Positions 26,046-37,022 of a stretch of DNA of 64,000 nucleotides are shown piece by piece. Under the pieces are notes generated by a model. The model saw only the letters and a list, made by a program, of their open reading frames with translations, was not told the DNA's origin and searched no databases. The stretch is from an uncultured Bacteroidales bacterium (GTDB lineage Bacteria; Bacteroidota; Bacteroidia; Bacteroidales; B18-G4). The position numbers and the translations under genes were made by a program. The DNA lies in NCBI GenBank assembly GCA_964404735.1, contig CAYOLA010000041.1, positions 1,310-65,309 of the forward strand, written 5' to 3'. Position 1 is the stretch's first letter; every line of letters starts with the position of its first letter.

Positions 26046-26504
26046 ATGCAGCATTTTAACAATAATAAATTCATAGGTTTTGTGTCACGCTTCATCAATA
26101 TTGAGATGGGACTGGCCGGTGCCCTGGTGATGGGGATGATCGTATGGACCATCAATGCCTCATATGGCTGGTGGCCAGCCACAACAGCCGCCCTCAAACA
26201 GGCGGCCTACACTTTTCTGTTTGGCGGAATGCTGATCGGGATACTTTACGGCCTTGTACTTTCGATCAGGAACCGGCCCCTGGCCATTGCCACATCCACA
26301 CTTTCCGTTGCCATCCTCACCATTATCATGGTTTACATCGTTCACAGCATAAAAGGAACACCCCGCCCGTTCGAGTCAACCTTGCCAACCATCATCATGG
26401 CTCCTCCGGGCTTTATGGCCCTGGCGATGAGAAAACGCCGGGAAAATAAAAAAACAGGAAAATATCTGCCGGATGACTATCACGGCAGTGACGGTCAGCC
26501 GTAG
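26046..26504 (+). CDS. Hypothetical small membrane protein (4 predicted TM helices)
   Basis: 152-aa hydrophobic ORF with no recognisable family motif. Its 3' end overlaps the convergent acyl-CoA ligase by 10 nt. Confidence 0.4.
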   Translation: MQHFNNNKFIGFVSRFINIEMGLAGALVMGMIVWTINASYGWWPATTAALKQAAYTFLFGGMLIGILYGLVLSIRNRPLAIATSTLSVAILTIIMVYIVHSIKGTPRPFESTLPTIIMAPPGFMALAMRKRRENKKTGKYLPDDYHGSDGQP

Positions 26505-28120
26505 ATAAAACGTTTGATCTTTTGCGTAGCCGTTTTTTCAAATGGCTCAGCGTGTATGACGATCGCCTTGAGCTGTGCAAACTTGCTCACCCTTGCATTA
26601 ACATAGACATGCAACTCCTTTTGCAGTTCATCCAGTTTTGCCTCAATATGGTCGGTGATCTCATCTTTAAAATTGTGATAACGTTTTTCGATCTCTTCCC
26701 TGTTGAAGTGCACCAGGGCTACCAGCTTCCCTTTTTGCTGAATAACGACCGATTCGAGCACGAAGCGGAAATTGTTGATCAGTGATTCGATCTCTTCCGG
26801 ATATATGTTTTCGCCGCTGGCGCCAAGGATCATGTTTTTGAGGCGGCCTTTGATATAGAAATACCCGTTTTGATCCATCACCCCCAGGTCACCGGTTTTG
26901 AACCAGCCATCAGGCGTCATCACTTCTGCTGTCAGTTCCGGTTCATTATAATAGCCTTTCATGATGACCGGACCCCTGGCCCAGATCTCGCCTTCGCCCG
27001 TAACGGGGTCGGGATCGTGGATATTGAGTTCGATCCCGGTGATGGCCGGGCCCGTTGACTGAAGCCGTGTATTTTTGGCGTTGGCTCCTGCCAGCAAGGG
27101 TGAGGTTTCTGTAAGTCCGTAACCGATGGCATAAGGGAAACCTGCCTCTCTGAGAAATTCTTCAACCGTTTTATCGAGTTTGGCACCACCGATACCAAAG
27201 AAAATAAGTTTGCCGCCAAAGCTTTTCTTCAGCTTACGGCCTGCGGCACGATGCAGAACCTTCCTGATTGCCGGCACCCCGTATAATGTCCGCATAAACG
27301 GTGATTTTGTAAATTTCGGGAGCACCCTGAGTCTGAAAATCTTTTCGATGATGAGCGGGACCGAAAGCATGGCTGTTGGCCTGACTTCCTGCATGGCAGG
27401 CAGCAATACGGCCGGCGAGGGTACCTGGCGGAGGTAATAAACACAGGCACCGCCGATCATTGGCAGGATGAAGCCCAAGGTGTTTTCATAAGTATGTGAA
27501 AGGGGTAGTATCGACAGCATTTTGTCGCCGACCGATAAAGGCTGTAATTCCCTTCCCTTTATAGCGTTGAAGCATATATTTTTATGGGTCAGCATCACCC
27601 CTTTTGATTTTCCGGTTGTACCGCTGGTATAAATGATGGCGGCAAGATCATCTTCTTCCACCCGGGCTTCGTATTCGAGGGGTTCACAGTCATCCGCTTT
27701 AACAATCGCGAGTTCTTCCATGCCAACAACAAAACGAATTCCCCTGTAATCGGGTGCAGCGATTTTTTCCTGCTGTTTTTCCGACACCACGATCCCTTTT
27801 GCACCGCAATGTTCAAGAATATTATTGACCTCAACACGGCTGAAGTCAGGCAACAGCGGCACCACCACGGCCCCGAGGGAAGTAATGGCCAGGTAGGAAA
27901 TGCCCCAGTTGGGCATGTTGGCGCCCAGAATGGCTATCTTATCGCCACGCGCAACGCCCTGTTTCCTGAACAGGTCCATCAGTTCGTTTACCTTATCATG
28001 GGCAGCCGAATATGTAATGGGGGTTTCCCCGACAAAGGACAGGAAGCCGGCATCGCCGTATTTCCTAACCGATTCCTGGAAGAGTGCAGGAAAGGTCAGT
28101 TTGTTTTCATTTGACATGTT
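26495..28120 (-). CDS. Long-chain fatty acid-CoA ligase (AMP-binding enzyme)
   Basis: AMP-binding motifs are IIYTSGTTGKSKGV, GYGLTETS and FKTGD. Start ATG 28120 (MSNENK...) is preferred over the hydrophobic extension from 28180. Confidence 0.9.
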   Translation of the reverse strand, partial: NMSNENKLTFPALFQESVRKYGDAGFLSFVGETPITYSAAHDKVNELMDLFRKQGVARGDKIAILGANMPNWGISYLAITSLGAVVVPLLPDFSRVEVNNILEHCGAKGIVVSEKQQEKIAAPDYRGIRFVVGMEELAIVKADDCEPLEYEARVEEDDLAAIIYTSGTTGKSKGVMLTHKNICFNAIKGRELQPLSVGDKMLSILPLSHTYENTLGFILPMIGGACVYYLRQVPSPAVLLPAMQEVRPTAMLSVPLIIEKIFRLRVLPKFTKSPFMRTLYGVPAIRKVLHRAAGRKLKKSFGGKLIFFGIGGAKLDKTVEEFLREAGFPYAIGYGLTETSPLLAGANAKNTRLQSTGPAITGIELNIHDPDPVTGEGEIWARGPVIMKGYYNEPELTAEVMTPDGWFKTGDLGVMDQNGYFYIKGRLKNMILGASGENIYPEEIESLINNFRFVLESVVIQQKGKLVALVHFNREEIEKRYHNFKDEITDHIEAKLDELQKELHVYVNARVSKFAQLKAIVIHAEPFEKTATQKIKRFIYG

Positions 28121-28323
28121 ATCATCTTTATAAAGCAAAAGTAGTATTAAAAAATTTACATGTTTGATAAAAAAGAACAAATAGCACTTCCATTGATAAT
28201 AAAAATATTTTAAAACACTGAATAACTGACACTTATATTACAAATTAATTTCTTACCTTTAGCCTTTGCATGCATCTGTCATGTTGGCTTTTGACAGGTT
28301 AGGATAAGAAGCTTTACAGCATT

Positions 28324-28815
28324 ATGAAAAACAACTATTTCCCACCACAATTTGTTATCCTGGGCTACCTGCTGATCATTCTGGGAGTATATTTCCTTGC
28401 CAGGCATGATTGGGTCGGGTTTATCATGATCCCTGCCGGATTCGTTTTCTCCTTTACCTTCACCCGCAGGGTTTTCGACCTTAAAAACAGGAAATACCGG
28501 GAATACCTGACTTTTTTGGGTATTAAAGGCGGCCGCTGGAAGGACATCCCCCCGGTTGATTATGTCAGTGTTTATCCTGAGCGTATCATACAGGATCAAC
28601 ATGTTGCCAGCATCAGCAGCCGGCATGTGGAAAACGGGTTCAGGATCGCTTTGATCATCAGCAGTTCGAAAAGGATTGAATGCGAAAAGGAGCAGGACCG
28701 GGAAAAAGCCATTGAAAAAGGCAGAAAGTATGCAACAGCACTCAATTGCAAACTACTTGATTACAGAACGGGAAAGGCTGTTTGGACCGGAGCGGGTGAT
28801 GCCCGTGATTCATAA
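28324..28815 (+). CDS. Hypothetical protein (2 N-terminal TM helices plus a soluble domain)
   Basis: 163-aa ORF with a coding-like composition and no recognisable motif. Confidence 0.4.
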   Translation: MKNNYFPPQFVILGYLLIILGVYFLARHDWVGFIMIPAGFVFSFTFTRRVFDLKNRKYREYLTFLGIKGGRWKDIPPVDYVSVYPERIIQDQHVASISSRHVENGFRIALIISSSKRIECEKEQDREKAIEKGRKYATALNCKLLDYRTGKAVWTGAGDARDS

Positions 28816-28992
28816 ACGCTTATTGTTTCTGGCCGGATATATTTCCCGGCAAAAGACCATTCAAAATCCGGGCATCTTCACCTTCTGTACTGCTGAAAAA
28901 TCATGCTTATCTTCTTCCCGAAAATTTTACATTTATACGGAAAGATGTTAACAGCGCACGTTTGATAAGTTTCGAATATTTTTAACAGGGCA

Positions 28993-30885
28993 ATGTTGCC
29001 AATGAGTATTTTTGCGCCAATGGATATTAAAGGAGAAAAATATACTGAAGAAAATGTCCGCTCGCTTGATTGGAAAGAGCATATCAGGATGCGGCCGGGT
29101 ATGTATATTGGCAAATTGGGTGATGGAGCCTCGCAGGATGATGGCATTTATGTGCTCATTAAGGAGGTAATCGACAATTCCATAGACGAGTTCGTGATGG
29201 GCCATGGCAAAACCATTGAAGTGGAAGTAGATGAGGGTCAGGTCAGAATACGCGACTATGGCAGGGGAATCCCCCTGGGATCTGTCATCGACTGTGTTTC
29301 AAAGATCAACACAGGGGCCAAATACGATTCAAAAGTTTTTAAAAAAGCCGTCGGGCTGAACGGTGTCGGGAGCAAGGCCGTAAATGCCCTCTCCTCCCGG
29401 TTCATCATTCAGTCGATCCGTGAAGGAAAAACCAAGATCGTGGAGTTTGAAAGGGGCGAGATCATCCGGAACGAAAAAGTACAGAAGGAAACTGCCGAGG
29501 CCGACGGGACCATTGTTACGTTTATCCCCGACAGCGAAGTTTTTGGCAATTATCATTTCATCCACGAATACATTGAGATCATGTTGTGGAATTATGTATT
29601 CCTCAACAACGGGCTTTCAATAAAATACAACGGTCAGCGATTATTTGCCAAAAACGGGCTTCACGACCTGCTTGAAAAAAACATCAACGGAAACGGCGGG
29701 ATCCTTTATCCCATCATACATATCAGGGAAGACGATCTTGAATTTGCCTTCACACACAGCTCCAAACTCTATGGCGAGGAATACTATTCCTTTGTCAACG
29801 GCCAGCATACCAGTCAGGGCGGCACACATCTGGCGGCTTTCAAGGAAGCCATCGTAAAAACCATTCGCGAGTTTTTCAAAAAAGATTTCGATACCAGCGA
29901 TGTAAGGTCTTCCATTTTGGCTGCCGTGGCCATCAAGGTACAGGAACCCATCTTCGAATCGCAAACAAAGACCAAACTGGGTTCGCAACTCATCGAACCC
30001 GGTGGGATGACCATTCGCAATTATGTTGTGGATATCGTAAAACGAAACCTCGACAATTATCTCCACCGCAACCCGGAAGCTGCCGAAGCACTGCATAAAA
30101 AGATATTGCAGTCGGAAAAAGAAAGAAAAGAAATGGCAGGCATCAAAAAGCTGGCCCGTGAAAGCGTCAAGAAAGTCAGCCTGCACAATAAAAAGCTGCG
30201 CGATTGCCGTGTCCACTATAATACGAGCGATGAACGCGCATTCGACTCAACCCTTTTTATAACCGAAGGGGATTCGGCCAGCGGATCAATCACCAAAGCC
30301 AGGGATGTGGTGACCCAGGCGGTTTTCAGCCTGAAGGGCAAACCGCTTAACTGCTTCGGCCTGAGCAAAAAGATCGTATATCAAAATGAAGAGTTCAACC
30401 TCCTGCAATCGGCGCTGAATATCGATGAGGACCTCGAGAACCTCAGATACAACAATGTTGTGATCGCCACCGATGCCGATGTTGATGGAATGCATATCAG
30501 GTTGTTGCTGCTTACCTTTTTCCTGCAGTTCTACCCCGACCTGGTTAAAAAGGGACATGTTAAGATCCTTCAAACACCTCTGTTCAGGGTCCGGAATAAA
30601 AAGGAAACCATATACTGTTACAGCGAAGATGAGCGGCATGCTGCCATAAAAAAACTGGGGCCCAATCCGGAAATCACGCGCTTCAAAGGCCTGGGTGAAA
30701 TATCACCCGACGAGTTCAGGGAATTTATCGGTCCGAACATCCGGCTTGACCCGGTTCTGCTAAAAACCTCATCATCCATCAAGGAATTGCTCAATTTCTA
30801 CATGGGTAAAAACACACCCGACCGGCAACAATTCATTATTGAAAATCTGCGGGTTGAAGAAGATGTACTCGACAAAGTGGCGTAA
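28993..30885 (+). CDS. parE: DNA topoisomerase IV subunit B
   Basis: About 630 aa. It has a GHKL ATPase ([18 protein letters not shown]), Toprim ([18 protein letters not shown]) and a short C-terminus without the GyrB insertion. The exact start is uncertain; an alternative Met lies 9 codons in. Confidence 0.8.
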   Translation: MLPMSIFAPMDIKGEKYTEENVRSLDWKEHIRMRPGMYIGKLGDGASQDDGIYVLIKEVIDNSIDEFVMGHGKTIEVEVDEGQVRIRDYGRGIPLGSVIDCVSKINTGAKYDSKVFKKAVGLNGVGSKAVNALSSRFIIQSIREGKTKIVEFERGEIIRNEKVQKETAEADGTIVTFIPDSEVFGNYHFIHEYIEIMLWNYVFLNNGLSIKYNGQRLFAKNGLHDLLEKNINGNGGILYPIIHIREDDLEFAFTHSSKLYGEEYYSFVNGQHTSQGGTHLAAFKEAIVKTIREFFKKDFDTSDVRSSILAAVAIKVQEPIFESQTKTKLGSQLIEPGGMTIRNYVVDIVKRNLDNYLHRNPEAAEALHKKILQSEKERKEMAGIKKLARESVKKVSLHNKKLRDCRVHYNTSDERAFDSTLFITEGDSASGSITKARDVVTQAVFSLKGKPLNCFGLSKKIVYQNEEFNLLQSALNIDEDLENLRYNNVVIATDADVDGMHIRLLLLTFFLQFYPDLVKKGHVKILQTPLFRVRNKKETIYCYSEDERHAAIKKLGPNPEITRFKGLGEISPDEFREFIGPNIRLDPVLLKTSSSIKELLNFYMGKNTPDRQQFIIENLRVEEDVLDKVA

Positions 30886-30926
30886 TGATCCCTGCCTGCA
30901 ACCCTGGCAGTGAATATTCAGGTATT

Positions 30927-32438
30927 TTATTGATGCAATAACTGATAGGCGTGGCCGATATGGCCGATGATATCGCTGGCCAGCGATGCTTCGTAACCAA
31001 GTTGCTCCGTTGCCAGATCGCCGGCAAGGCCGTGCAGGTATGTACCCAGGAGGCATGCATGCAATGAATGGTAGCCCTGTGCCAGCAAGCCCAGGATAAC
31101 ACCGGTTAATGCGTCACCGCTTCCCCCGGTGGCCATACCCGGATTTCCGGTGGAGTTGAAATAACAACTGCCGTCGGGACAAGTGATGGCGCTGGCATAA
31201 CCTTTCAGGATGACATAAGCCTGATATTTAACTGAAAAATTACGCTGAAGCTGATCCCTTTCAAAAGCATTCCTGGATTTTCCGGCCAGCCGCTCAAATT
31301 CCCTGGGATGTGGTGTAAAGACAGACCCCGGCGGGATGAAGGATAACCATGTTTTATTCTCGCCAAGGATGTTGATGGCATCTGCATCGAAAAGAATGGG
31401 CATCTCCGCATTTTGAATGAGCAGTTTGAGAGCTGTTTGGGTTTCTTTGGCCATCCCTATTCCGGGGCCCACACCAATGGCGTTATAGTTGTCAAGAGGC
31501 GGCACTTCCGTAAAGGCATATTCCGAATTGTCGATGCTCGTCATTACTTCCGGCACAGCCGTTTGAACGATATCGTAACCCCTGGAAGGGATATGCGTGG
31601 TAAGCAGGCCGGCACCCGCACGCATGCAGGCTTCTGATGCCAAAACAGCTGCGCCCATTTTCCCATAGCTGCCGGCAATCAGCAAGGCATGCCCAAAGCG
31701 TCCTTTATGATCAAACTTCCGCCTTTTCTGCAGCAATTTTACTACATCCGGCTTAAGCATAAAATAATCGGTTTGCTCAATCTGCTTGATAAAAACGGGG
31801 TGAAGGTTGATGGTCATGATCTCCCATTCCTTGACATAGGGCAGGTTCTCGGCAAACATAAACGCCTTTTTGGGAAATTCGAAGGTGAGCGTATAATCAG
31901 CCTGCACGATGGCTCCGCCGCTGTCGACACTCGACGCATCGGCAAAAAGGCCCGAAGGGATATCAATGGCGATGATCCCCGCTCCGGAATCGTTGATGTA
32001 ACGAATGATGTCGCCGGGAAAACCTGTCACAGGTTTAGATAAACCCGAACCAAAAATGGCATCAATGATCCAGTCGCAATCCAGTTTTTCGGGTAACTGA
32101 CTCATATTGTCAACCTCATTGATCTTTACCTTGCCCTGGTATTTCAGATTATCGAGGTTGGTGCTGAAATCATCAGAAAACCGATCGCCATAACGTACAA
32201 TAATAACCTCCACCCGGTAGTCCTTTTTCGCCAGCAACCTGGCGATGGCCAGTCCGTCGCCACCGTTATTGCCCAGCCCGCAGAAAATCCTGATACGGTC
32301 TTTCTGTGTGAGATTTTCGGTCATCCATTTTACGCAGGCCTTAGCGGCACGCTCCATCAGATCGATGGAATCAACCGGTTCGTTTTCGATGGTATAGGCA
32401 TCCGCTTCGCGGACTTTATCAATCGGAAGGATCTTCAT
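30927..32438 (-). CDS. nnr: Bifunctional NAD(P)H-hydrate repair enzyme (epimerase / ADP-dependent dehydratase)
   Basis: The N-terminal half is YjeF_N-type (GLGNNGGDG) and the C-terminal half is carbohydrate-kinase-like (GGSGDALTG). ATG 32438 (MKILPIDK) is preferred over 32519. Confidence 0.9.
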   Translation of the reverse strand: MKILPIDKVREADAYTIENEPVDSIDLMERAAKACVKWMTENLTQKDRIRIFCGLGNNGGDGLAIARLLAKKDYRVEVIIVRYGDRFSDDFSTNLDNLKYQGKVKINEVDNMSQLPEKLDCDWIIDAIFGSGLSKPVTGFPGDIIRYINDSGAGIIAIDIPSGLFADASSVDSGGAIVQADYTLTFEFPKKAFMFAENLPYVKEWEIMTINLHPVFIKQIEQTDYFMLKPDVVKLLQKRRKFDHKGRFGHALLIAGSYGKMGAAVLASEACMRAGAGLLTTHIPSRGYDIVQTAVPEVMTSIDNSEYAFTEVPPLDNYNAIGVGPGIGMAKETQTALKLLIQNAEMPILFDADAINILGENKTWLSFIPPGSVFTPHPREFERLAGKSRNAFERDQLQRNFSVKYQAYVILKGYASAITCPDGSCYFNSTGNPGMATGGSGDALTGVILGLLAQGYHSLHACLLGTYLHGLAGDLATEQLGYEASLASDIIGHIGHAYQLLHQ

Positions 32439-32592
32439 AGCAGAAAGTTTTATTAAGCAAAGATATGGATAAAATGCAGATCCGGCCGACGGGTTTATCA
32501 AACATAAAGACAGCAACAATCATGTCAAAAGCACCGGGAAAGCATGTGCATTATCATAGGAGAAAACGTACCTTTGCCGCAAAACATAAAGA

Positions 32593-34008
32593 ATGCGCAG
32601 AAAACAGCCATTACCCTTTTTCGAAAAAGTGGAGATCACTGATGCCGGTTCCGAAGGCAAGGCGGTTGCGAGAATTGACAATAAGGTGATATTCGTGCCA
32701 TTTGTAGTGCCGGGCGACGTGATCGACATCCAGGTAAACAGGAAGAAGAAAAGTTATTATGAAGGCAGGGCGGTAAAGGTGCATCATTATTCGGATGAGC
32801 GCGTGGAACCCGAATGCACGCATTTTGGACTATGCGGCGGATGCCGATGGCAAAACATGAGTTATGAACGGCAGTTGTACTATAAACAAAAACAGGTGGG
32901 CGACAACCTACAGCGGATCGGAAAGTTAGACACGCCGGAGATCATGCCCATCATACCCTGTGATCAGCCCTATTATTATCGCAATAAGCTGGAGTTTACC
33001 TTTTCATCAAGAAGGTGGTTTACCGAGAAGCCCGATCCTGACAGACAGAAGTTGCATAACAGCAACGGCCTCGGTTTTCATTTACCCGGTATTTTCGACC
33101 GCATTCTCGATATTGATCACTGTTACCTGCAGGCCGATCCATCCAATGCCATCAGGCTGGAAGTGCGGAAATTTGCGCTTGAGCATGCTTACGAATTTTA
33201 TGATGCCAGGAACTGGGATGGTTACCTGAGGAATCTGATCATCAGAAACACTACCGTCGGCGACCTGATGGTAATATTGGTTTTTCGATACGTTGACCAT
33301 ATCAAGGGGCCTGCATTGCTCGACCATCTGGCTGCTTTGTTCCCCGGCATCACTTCGCTGATGTATGTGATCAACGGAAAGCGCAATGATGACATATCCG
33401 ACCTGGAAGTGGTTCCTTATAAAGGGAATGCATATATTAGTGAGGATATGGACGGGCTGGGTTTCAGGATAGGACCGAAATCATTTTTCCAGACCAACAC
33501 ACGGCAGGCACTGAAACTATACAGGACGGTAAAGGATTTTGCAGCCTTATCGGGAAATGAAATTGTTTATGATCTGTATACCGGCACAGGCACTATTGCC
33601 TGTTATATTGCAGGTGCTGCCCGGAAGCTTGTTGGCATCGAGTTTAACGAACAGGCCATTATTGATGCCAGGGAGAATGCGGATTTGAACGCGATTGAAA
33701 ATATATCGTTTCATGCCGGAGACATGTTTAAAGTCTTTAATTCTTCGTTTGTTGACGAACACGGTAAGCCTGATGTGATCATTACCGACCCGCCCAGGGC
33801 AGGCATGCATGAAAAGGTCATCGGCCAGATCCTTGCCTGCCGGCCAAGCCGCATTGTATATGTAAGTTGTAATCCGGCCACGCAGGCGCGTGACCTGGCA
33901 ATATTAAGCGGGGAATATAAAATCAGCGCGGTTCAGCCTGTCGACATGTTTCCTCAGACCCATCATGTTGAAAATGTGGTGCTGCTGGAACGGCCGCAGG
34001 CGAAATAG
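32593..34008 (+). CDS. rlmD: 23S rRNA (uracil-5-)-methyltransferase RlmD/RumA family
   Basis: It has an N-terminal TRAM domain, an FeS Cys cluster (CTHFGLCGGCRWQ), SAM motif DLYTGTGT, and a catalytic Cys in VSCNPAT. Confidence 0.9.
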   Translation: MRRKQPLPFFEKVEITDAGSEGKAVARIDNKVIFVPFVVPGDVIDIQVNRKKKSYYEGRAVKVHHYSDERVEPECTHFGLCGGCRWQNMSYERQLYYKQKQVGDNLQRIGKLDTPEIMPIIPCDQPYYYRNKLEFTFSSRRWFTEKPDPDRQKLHNSNGLGFHLPGIFDRILDIDHCYLQADPSNAIRLEVRKFALEHAYEFYDARNWDGYLRNLIIRNTTVGDLMVILVFRYVDHIKGPALLDHLAALFPGITSLMYVINGKRNDDISDLEVVPYKGNAYISEDMDGLGFRIGPKSFFQTNTRQALKLYRTVKDFAALSGNEIVYDLYTGTGTIACYIAGAARKLVGIEFNEQAIIDARENADLNAIENISFHAGDMFKVFNSSFVDEHGKPDVIITDPPRAGMHEKVIGQILACRPSRIVYVSCNPATQARDLAILSGEYKISAVQPVDMFPQTHHVENVVLLERPQAK

Positions 34009-34031
34009 ATAAGTCGCATTGATACAGAAAG

Positions 34032-34574
34032 TTATGCATTTCGCCTCCAGCCGCTGGAAGCGGCTGGAGGCGAATTTTTCAAAACCTCCACCAACACATC
34101 CAAATCCACATCCTCCCCTTTCACAGTAATATCTGCCCGCTCATAAAACTCCTCACGAACAGCCAGTTGCTCCTCAACAAATGCTTGCATATCATCGTAA
34201 TGAACATCCCTGACCAATGGCCTGAGGCGACGCGCACTCCTCAAGCGCTTGGCCAACGAAGCAGGGTGCATCTTCAGATATATGCTTATCCCCGAAGCAT
34301 TCATGAGTGCCATGTTACCATGATGACAAGGCGTGCCGCCACCGGTAGAAATCACAGCACGCGCATTTTCCCTGATGATCCATTTCAGGCACTCATGTTC
34401 GAACTCACGAAATTTTTCTTCTCCAAAACGATCAAAAAAACTGGGAATACTGTAGCGGAATCTCTCCTCAAATGCATCATCCAGATCGATATGGGGCATA
34501 CCCGTCCTTCGGCCAAGCCTTTTACCTACGGTCGTCTTACCAGCTCCCATATAGCCAACAATGAAAACCCGCAT
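34032..34574 (-). CDS. aroK: Shikimate kinase
   Basis: 180 aa with P-loop GYMGAGKTTVGK and STGGGT. Confidence 0.85.
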   Translation of the reverse strand: MRVFIVGYMGAGKTTVGKRLGRRTGMPHIDLDDAFEERFRYSIPSFFDRFGEEKFREFEHECLKWIIRENARAVISTGGGTPCHHGNMALMNASGISIYLKMHPASLAKRLRSARRLRPLVRDVHYDDMQAFVEEQLAVREEFYERADITVKGEDVDLDVLVEVLKNSPPAASSGWRRNA

Positions 34575-34653
34575 ATGAAGGGATATTAATTATTCGTTTG
34601 CACGAATAAAAATAAAGAAAAACAACAGAAAACAATATAAAACCGGAAAAGAC

Positions 34654-35607
34654 TTATTTTCTCTTTAACGCCCTGACGGCAGCAGCAACCACATCTTTAC
34701 TCCCAAGCCCGTATTTTTCCAGCAACTCCATGGGTTTGCCACTCTCACCAAAAGTATCCATCACAGCCACCATTTCCACGGGCAAAGGATAATTACGGGC
34801 CAGACACTGAGCGATACTGTCGCCAAGTCCGCCATAAACAGAATGTTCTTCAGCAGTAACAACACATCTGGTTTTTTGAACGGATGAAATAACAAATTCT
34901 TCATCAAGCGGCTTGATGGTATGTATGTTCACAACTTCAGCATTGATCCCTTGTTCCGTAAGCACATCGGCAGCCTGAAGGGCAATCCAAACCATATGGC
35001 CGGTGGCAAAAATGCTCAGGTCGCTGCCTTCCCGCTGCAGTTCGGCCCTGCCAATCCTGAATTCCTGGTCGAAGCCGGTAAAATTCGGCCAGCCCGGCCT
35101 GCCAAAACGAAGATATACCGGGCCCTTTATTCCAGCCATAGCAATGGCTGCAGCCCTTGTCTGATTTGCATCACAAGGACAGATCACGGTCATGTTCGGA
35201 AGCATCTTCATCAATCCGATGTCTTCGAGTATCTGGTGGGTTGCACCATCCTCCCCGAGGGTGATCCCGGCATGTGAAGCACAGATCTTTACATTTTTTC
35301 CTGAATAGGCGATGGACTGTCTGATCTGATCATACACCCTGCCCGTCGAAAAATTGGCAAAAGTACCGGTATATGGAATCTTCCCGCCAATAGTCAAACC
35401 GGCCGCCAATCCCATCATGTTGGCTTCGGCAATACCAACCTGGTAAAACCGATCAGGAAATGCTGCCGCAAAAGCATTCATATTCAGTGAACCGGTAAGA
35501 TCGGCACAAAGTGCTACAACATCCGGGTTACTTCTGCCAAGCTCGAGCAATGCTTCGCCAAAACCCTCCCTGGTTGCTTTTTTCTCAACAGTAATTGTCT
35601 GGGCCAT
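34654..35607 (-). CDS. Transketolase, C-terminal subunit (split transketolase)
   Basis: 317 aa with pyrimidine-binding and C-terminal domains (GIAEANMMGLAAGL, EDGATHQ). Confidence 0.9.
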   Translation of the reverse strand: MAQTITVEKKATREGFGEALLELGRSNPDVVALCADLTGSLNMNAFAAAFPDRFYQVGIAEANMMGLAAGLTIGGKIPYTGTFANFSTGRVYDQIRQSIAYSGKNVKICASHAGITLGEDGATHQILEDIGLMKMLPNMTVICPCDANQTRAAAIAMAGIKGPVYLRFGRPGWPNFTGFDQEFRIGRAELQREGSDLSIFATGHMVWIALQAADVLTEQGINAEVVNIHTIKPLDEEFVISSVQKTRCVVTAEEHSVYGGLGDSIAQCLARNYPLPVEMVAVMDTFGESGKPMELLEKYGLGSKDVVAAAVRALKRK

Positions 35608-35615
35608 AAAATATG

Positions 35616-37010
35616 CTATTGATATATCTTAACATTTGTGGTTTTTCCTGAAATTACCCTGAACGACTTATCGATTGAATACACAGCCCTGTCGGCATAT
35701 TTTGCGCGATAAATCACCCTGTAATTGCCCGGCTGCAGGATCAGCGATTCCTGCAGGGGGTTATCCCTGAAATTATACACCCAGATCAATTCGTTCTCCT
35801 GTTCCAGATAAAGGCTGCCATATCCCTGGGCGGATTTATTGATGACGGCTATACCGGGCACCGGGATCTCAACCGTGGTGGTGGAGCTCTGGGCGATATT
35901 AACTTCGTCAATATATATGCGGGGCAAGCTCAGTATTTCGAGGCTGTAATCGCCGATGATATAACTTTCTGACTGTCCAAACTGTTGAACATTGATGGTT
36001 TCGAAATGATCTTTCCTCCTTATGATGGCCTGTAGGTTTCGGGCCGGCAAACCTGTACCCTCCATTTTCAGGCGCAGCTGTCCCTGTGGCGCACTGATGG
36101 GAATAATGGTATGCTGCCCGGGATTGATGATGATGCTATCGGCCCGCACAGGAGGCAGTGTATGAACAACAACATCATATGCGATCAGGTGGTCGATGAC
36201 CAATGTATCAGGCAGGCCCTTACTGTTCAGGGTCTGGATAAAATTGTAAACGATCTTGCCTGACACCCTGTCGTAAAATGTCATGTTAACATTGGTTTCC
36301 GTTGGTTTGTTATATGAATCCAGAAGGTTCACCTGCACGGTTGTTGAATTCAATGCCTGGTAGATGACCAGATCCAGTGCTTTATTGAACTGTTCTTCGC
36401 TGGAAGCATCGAAATAGGTACCCACGCAGTCGAAGGCCTCCCTGAAATCCCTTCCGATACCAATGATAAAAGGTTTGAGGATAACTCCTTCTTTCTGCAG
36501 GAACTGCGAAACGGTGCATGGGTCTCCGCCACATTCTTCCATTCCGTCGGTAATCAAAATAATGATATTGCGGCAATCGTCGCAGGGCGGAAAATCACCT
36601 GCTGCCTGCTGAAGCGAATAGGCAATGGGAGTCGTGCCCCGGGGTTTGATATAGCGCAACATATTTTTTATCCGCATGGCGTTATTATCGCCAAACGGGA
36701 CTTCGAGCCGGGAATCATCGCAATCCTGGGGGGGGAAGTTCTTCTGATGTCCGTATACCCGCAAGGCAAGCTGAATATTTTCAACATTTTTAAGACTGTC
36801 GAGCAGGCCCGACAGAATATTCTGCGCAATATTGATCTTTATATCGCTCTGCCAGCGCCCATACATACTCTGTGATGCGTCGAAAACGAAAAGGATCCGT
36901 GTGAGGGGGGGCGGTTTCTCTTTTTCCTCCCTGATATTGGATTGCGCCTGCACACCAAAATAGCCGAGGAACATCAGTAAGCAGATAAAATATTTCAGTG
37001 CATTTACCAA
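35616..37010 (-). CDS. Secreted von Willebrand factor A (VWA) domain protein
   Basis: It has a signal peptide (...FGVQA-QS), MIDAS motif VFDASQSM and ILITDGME. The C-terminal half is beta-rich. The apparent start codon is TTG. Confidence 0.7.
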   Translation of the reverse strand: MVNALKYFICLLMFLGYFGVQAQSNIREEKEKPPPLTRILFVFDASQSMYGRWQSDIKINIAQNILSGLLDSLKNVENIQLALRVYGHQKNFPPQDCDDSRLEVPFGDNNAMRIKNMLRYIKPRGTTPIAYSLQQAAGDFPPCDDCRNIIILITDGMEECGGDPCTVSQFLQKEGVILKPFIIGIGRDFREAFDCVGTYFDASSEEQFNKALDLVIYQALNSTTVQVNLLDSYNKPTETNVNMTFYDRVSGKIVYNFIQTLNSKGLPDTLVIDHLIAYDVVVHTLPPVRADSIIINPGQHTIIPISAPQGQLRLKMEGTGLPARNLQAIIRRKDHFETINVQQFGQSESYIIGDYSLEILSLPRIYIDEVNIAQSSTTTVEIPVPGIAVINKSAQGYGSLYLEQENELIWVYNFRDNPLQESLILQPGNYRVIYRAKYADRAVYSIDKSFRVISGKTTNVKIYQ

Positions 37011-37022
37011 TTTTATTTGAAT

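Noticed and set aside
30886-30926. Short hairpin CTGCC-N9-GGCAG between convergent parE and nnr as a bidirectional terminator
   Set aside because: The stem is only 5 bp with a 9-nt loop and there is no U-tract. It is too weak to call.
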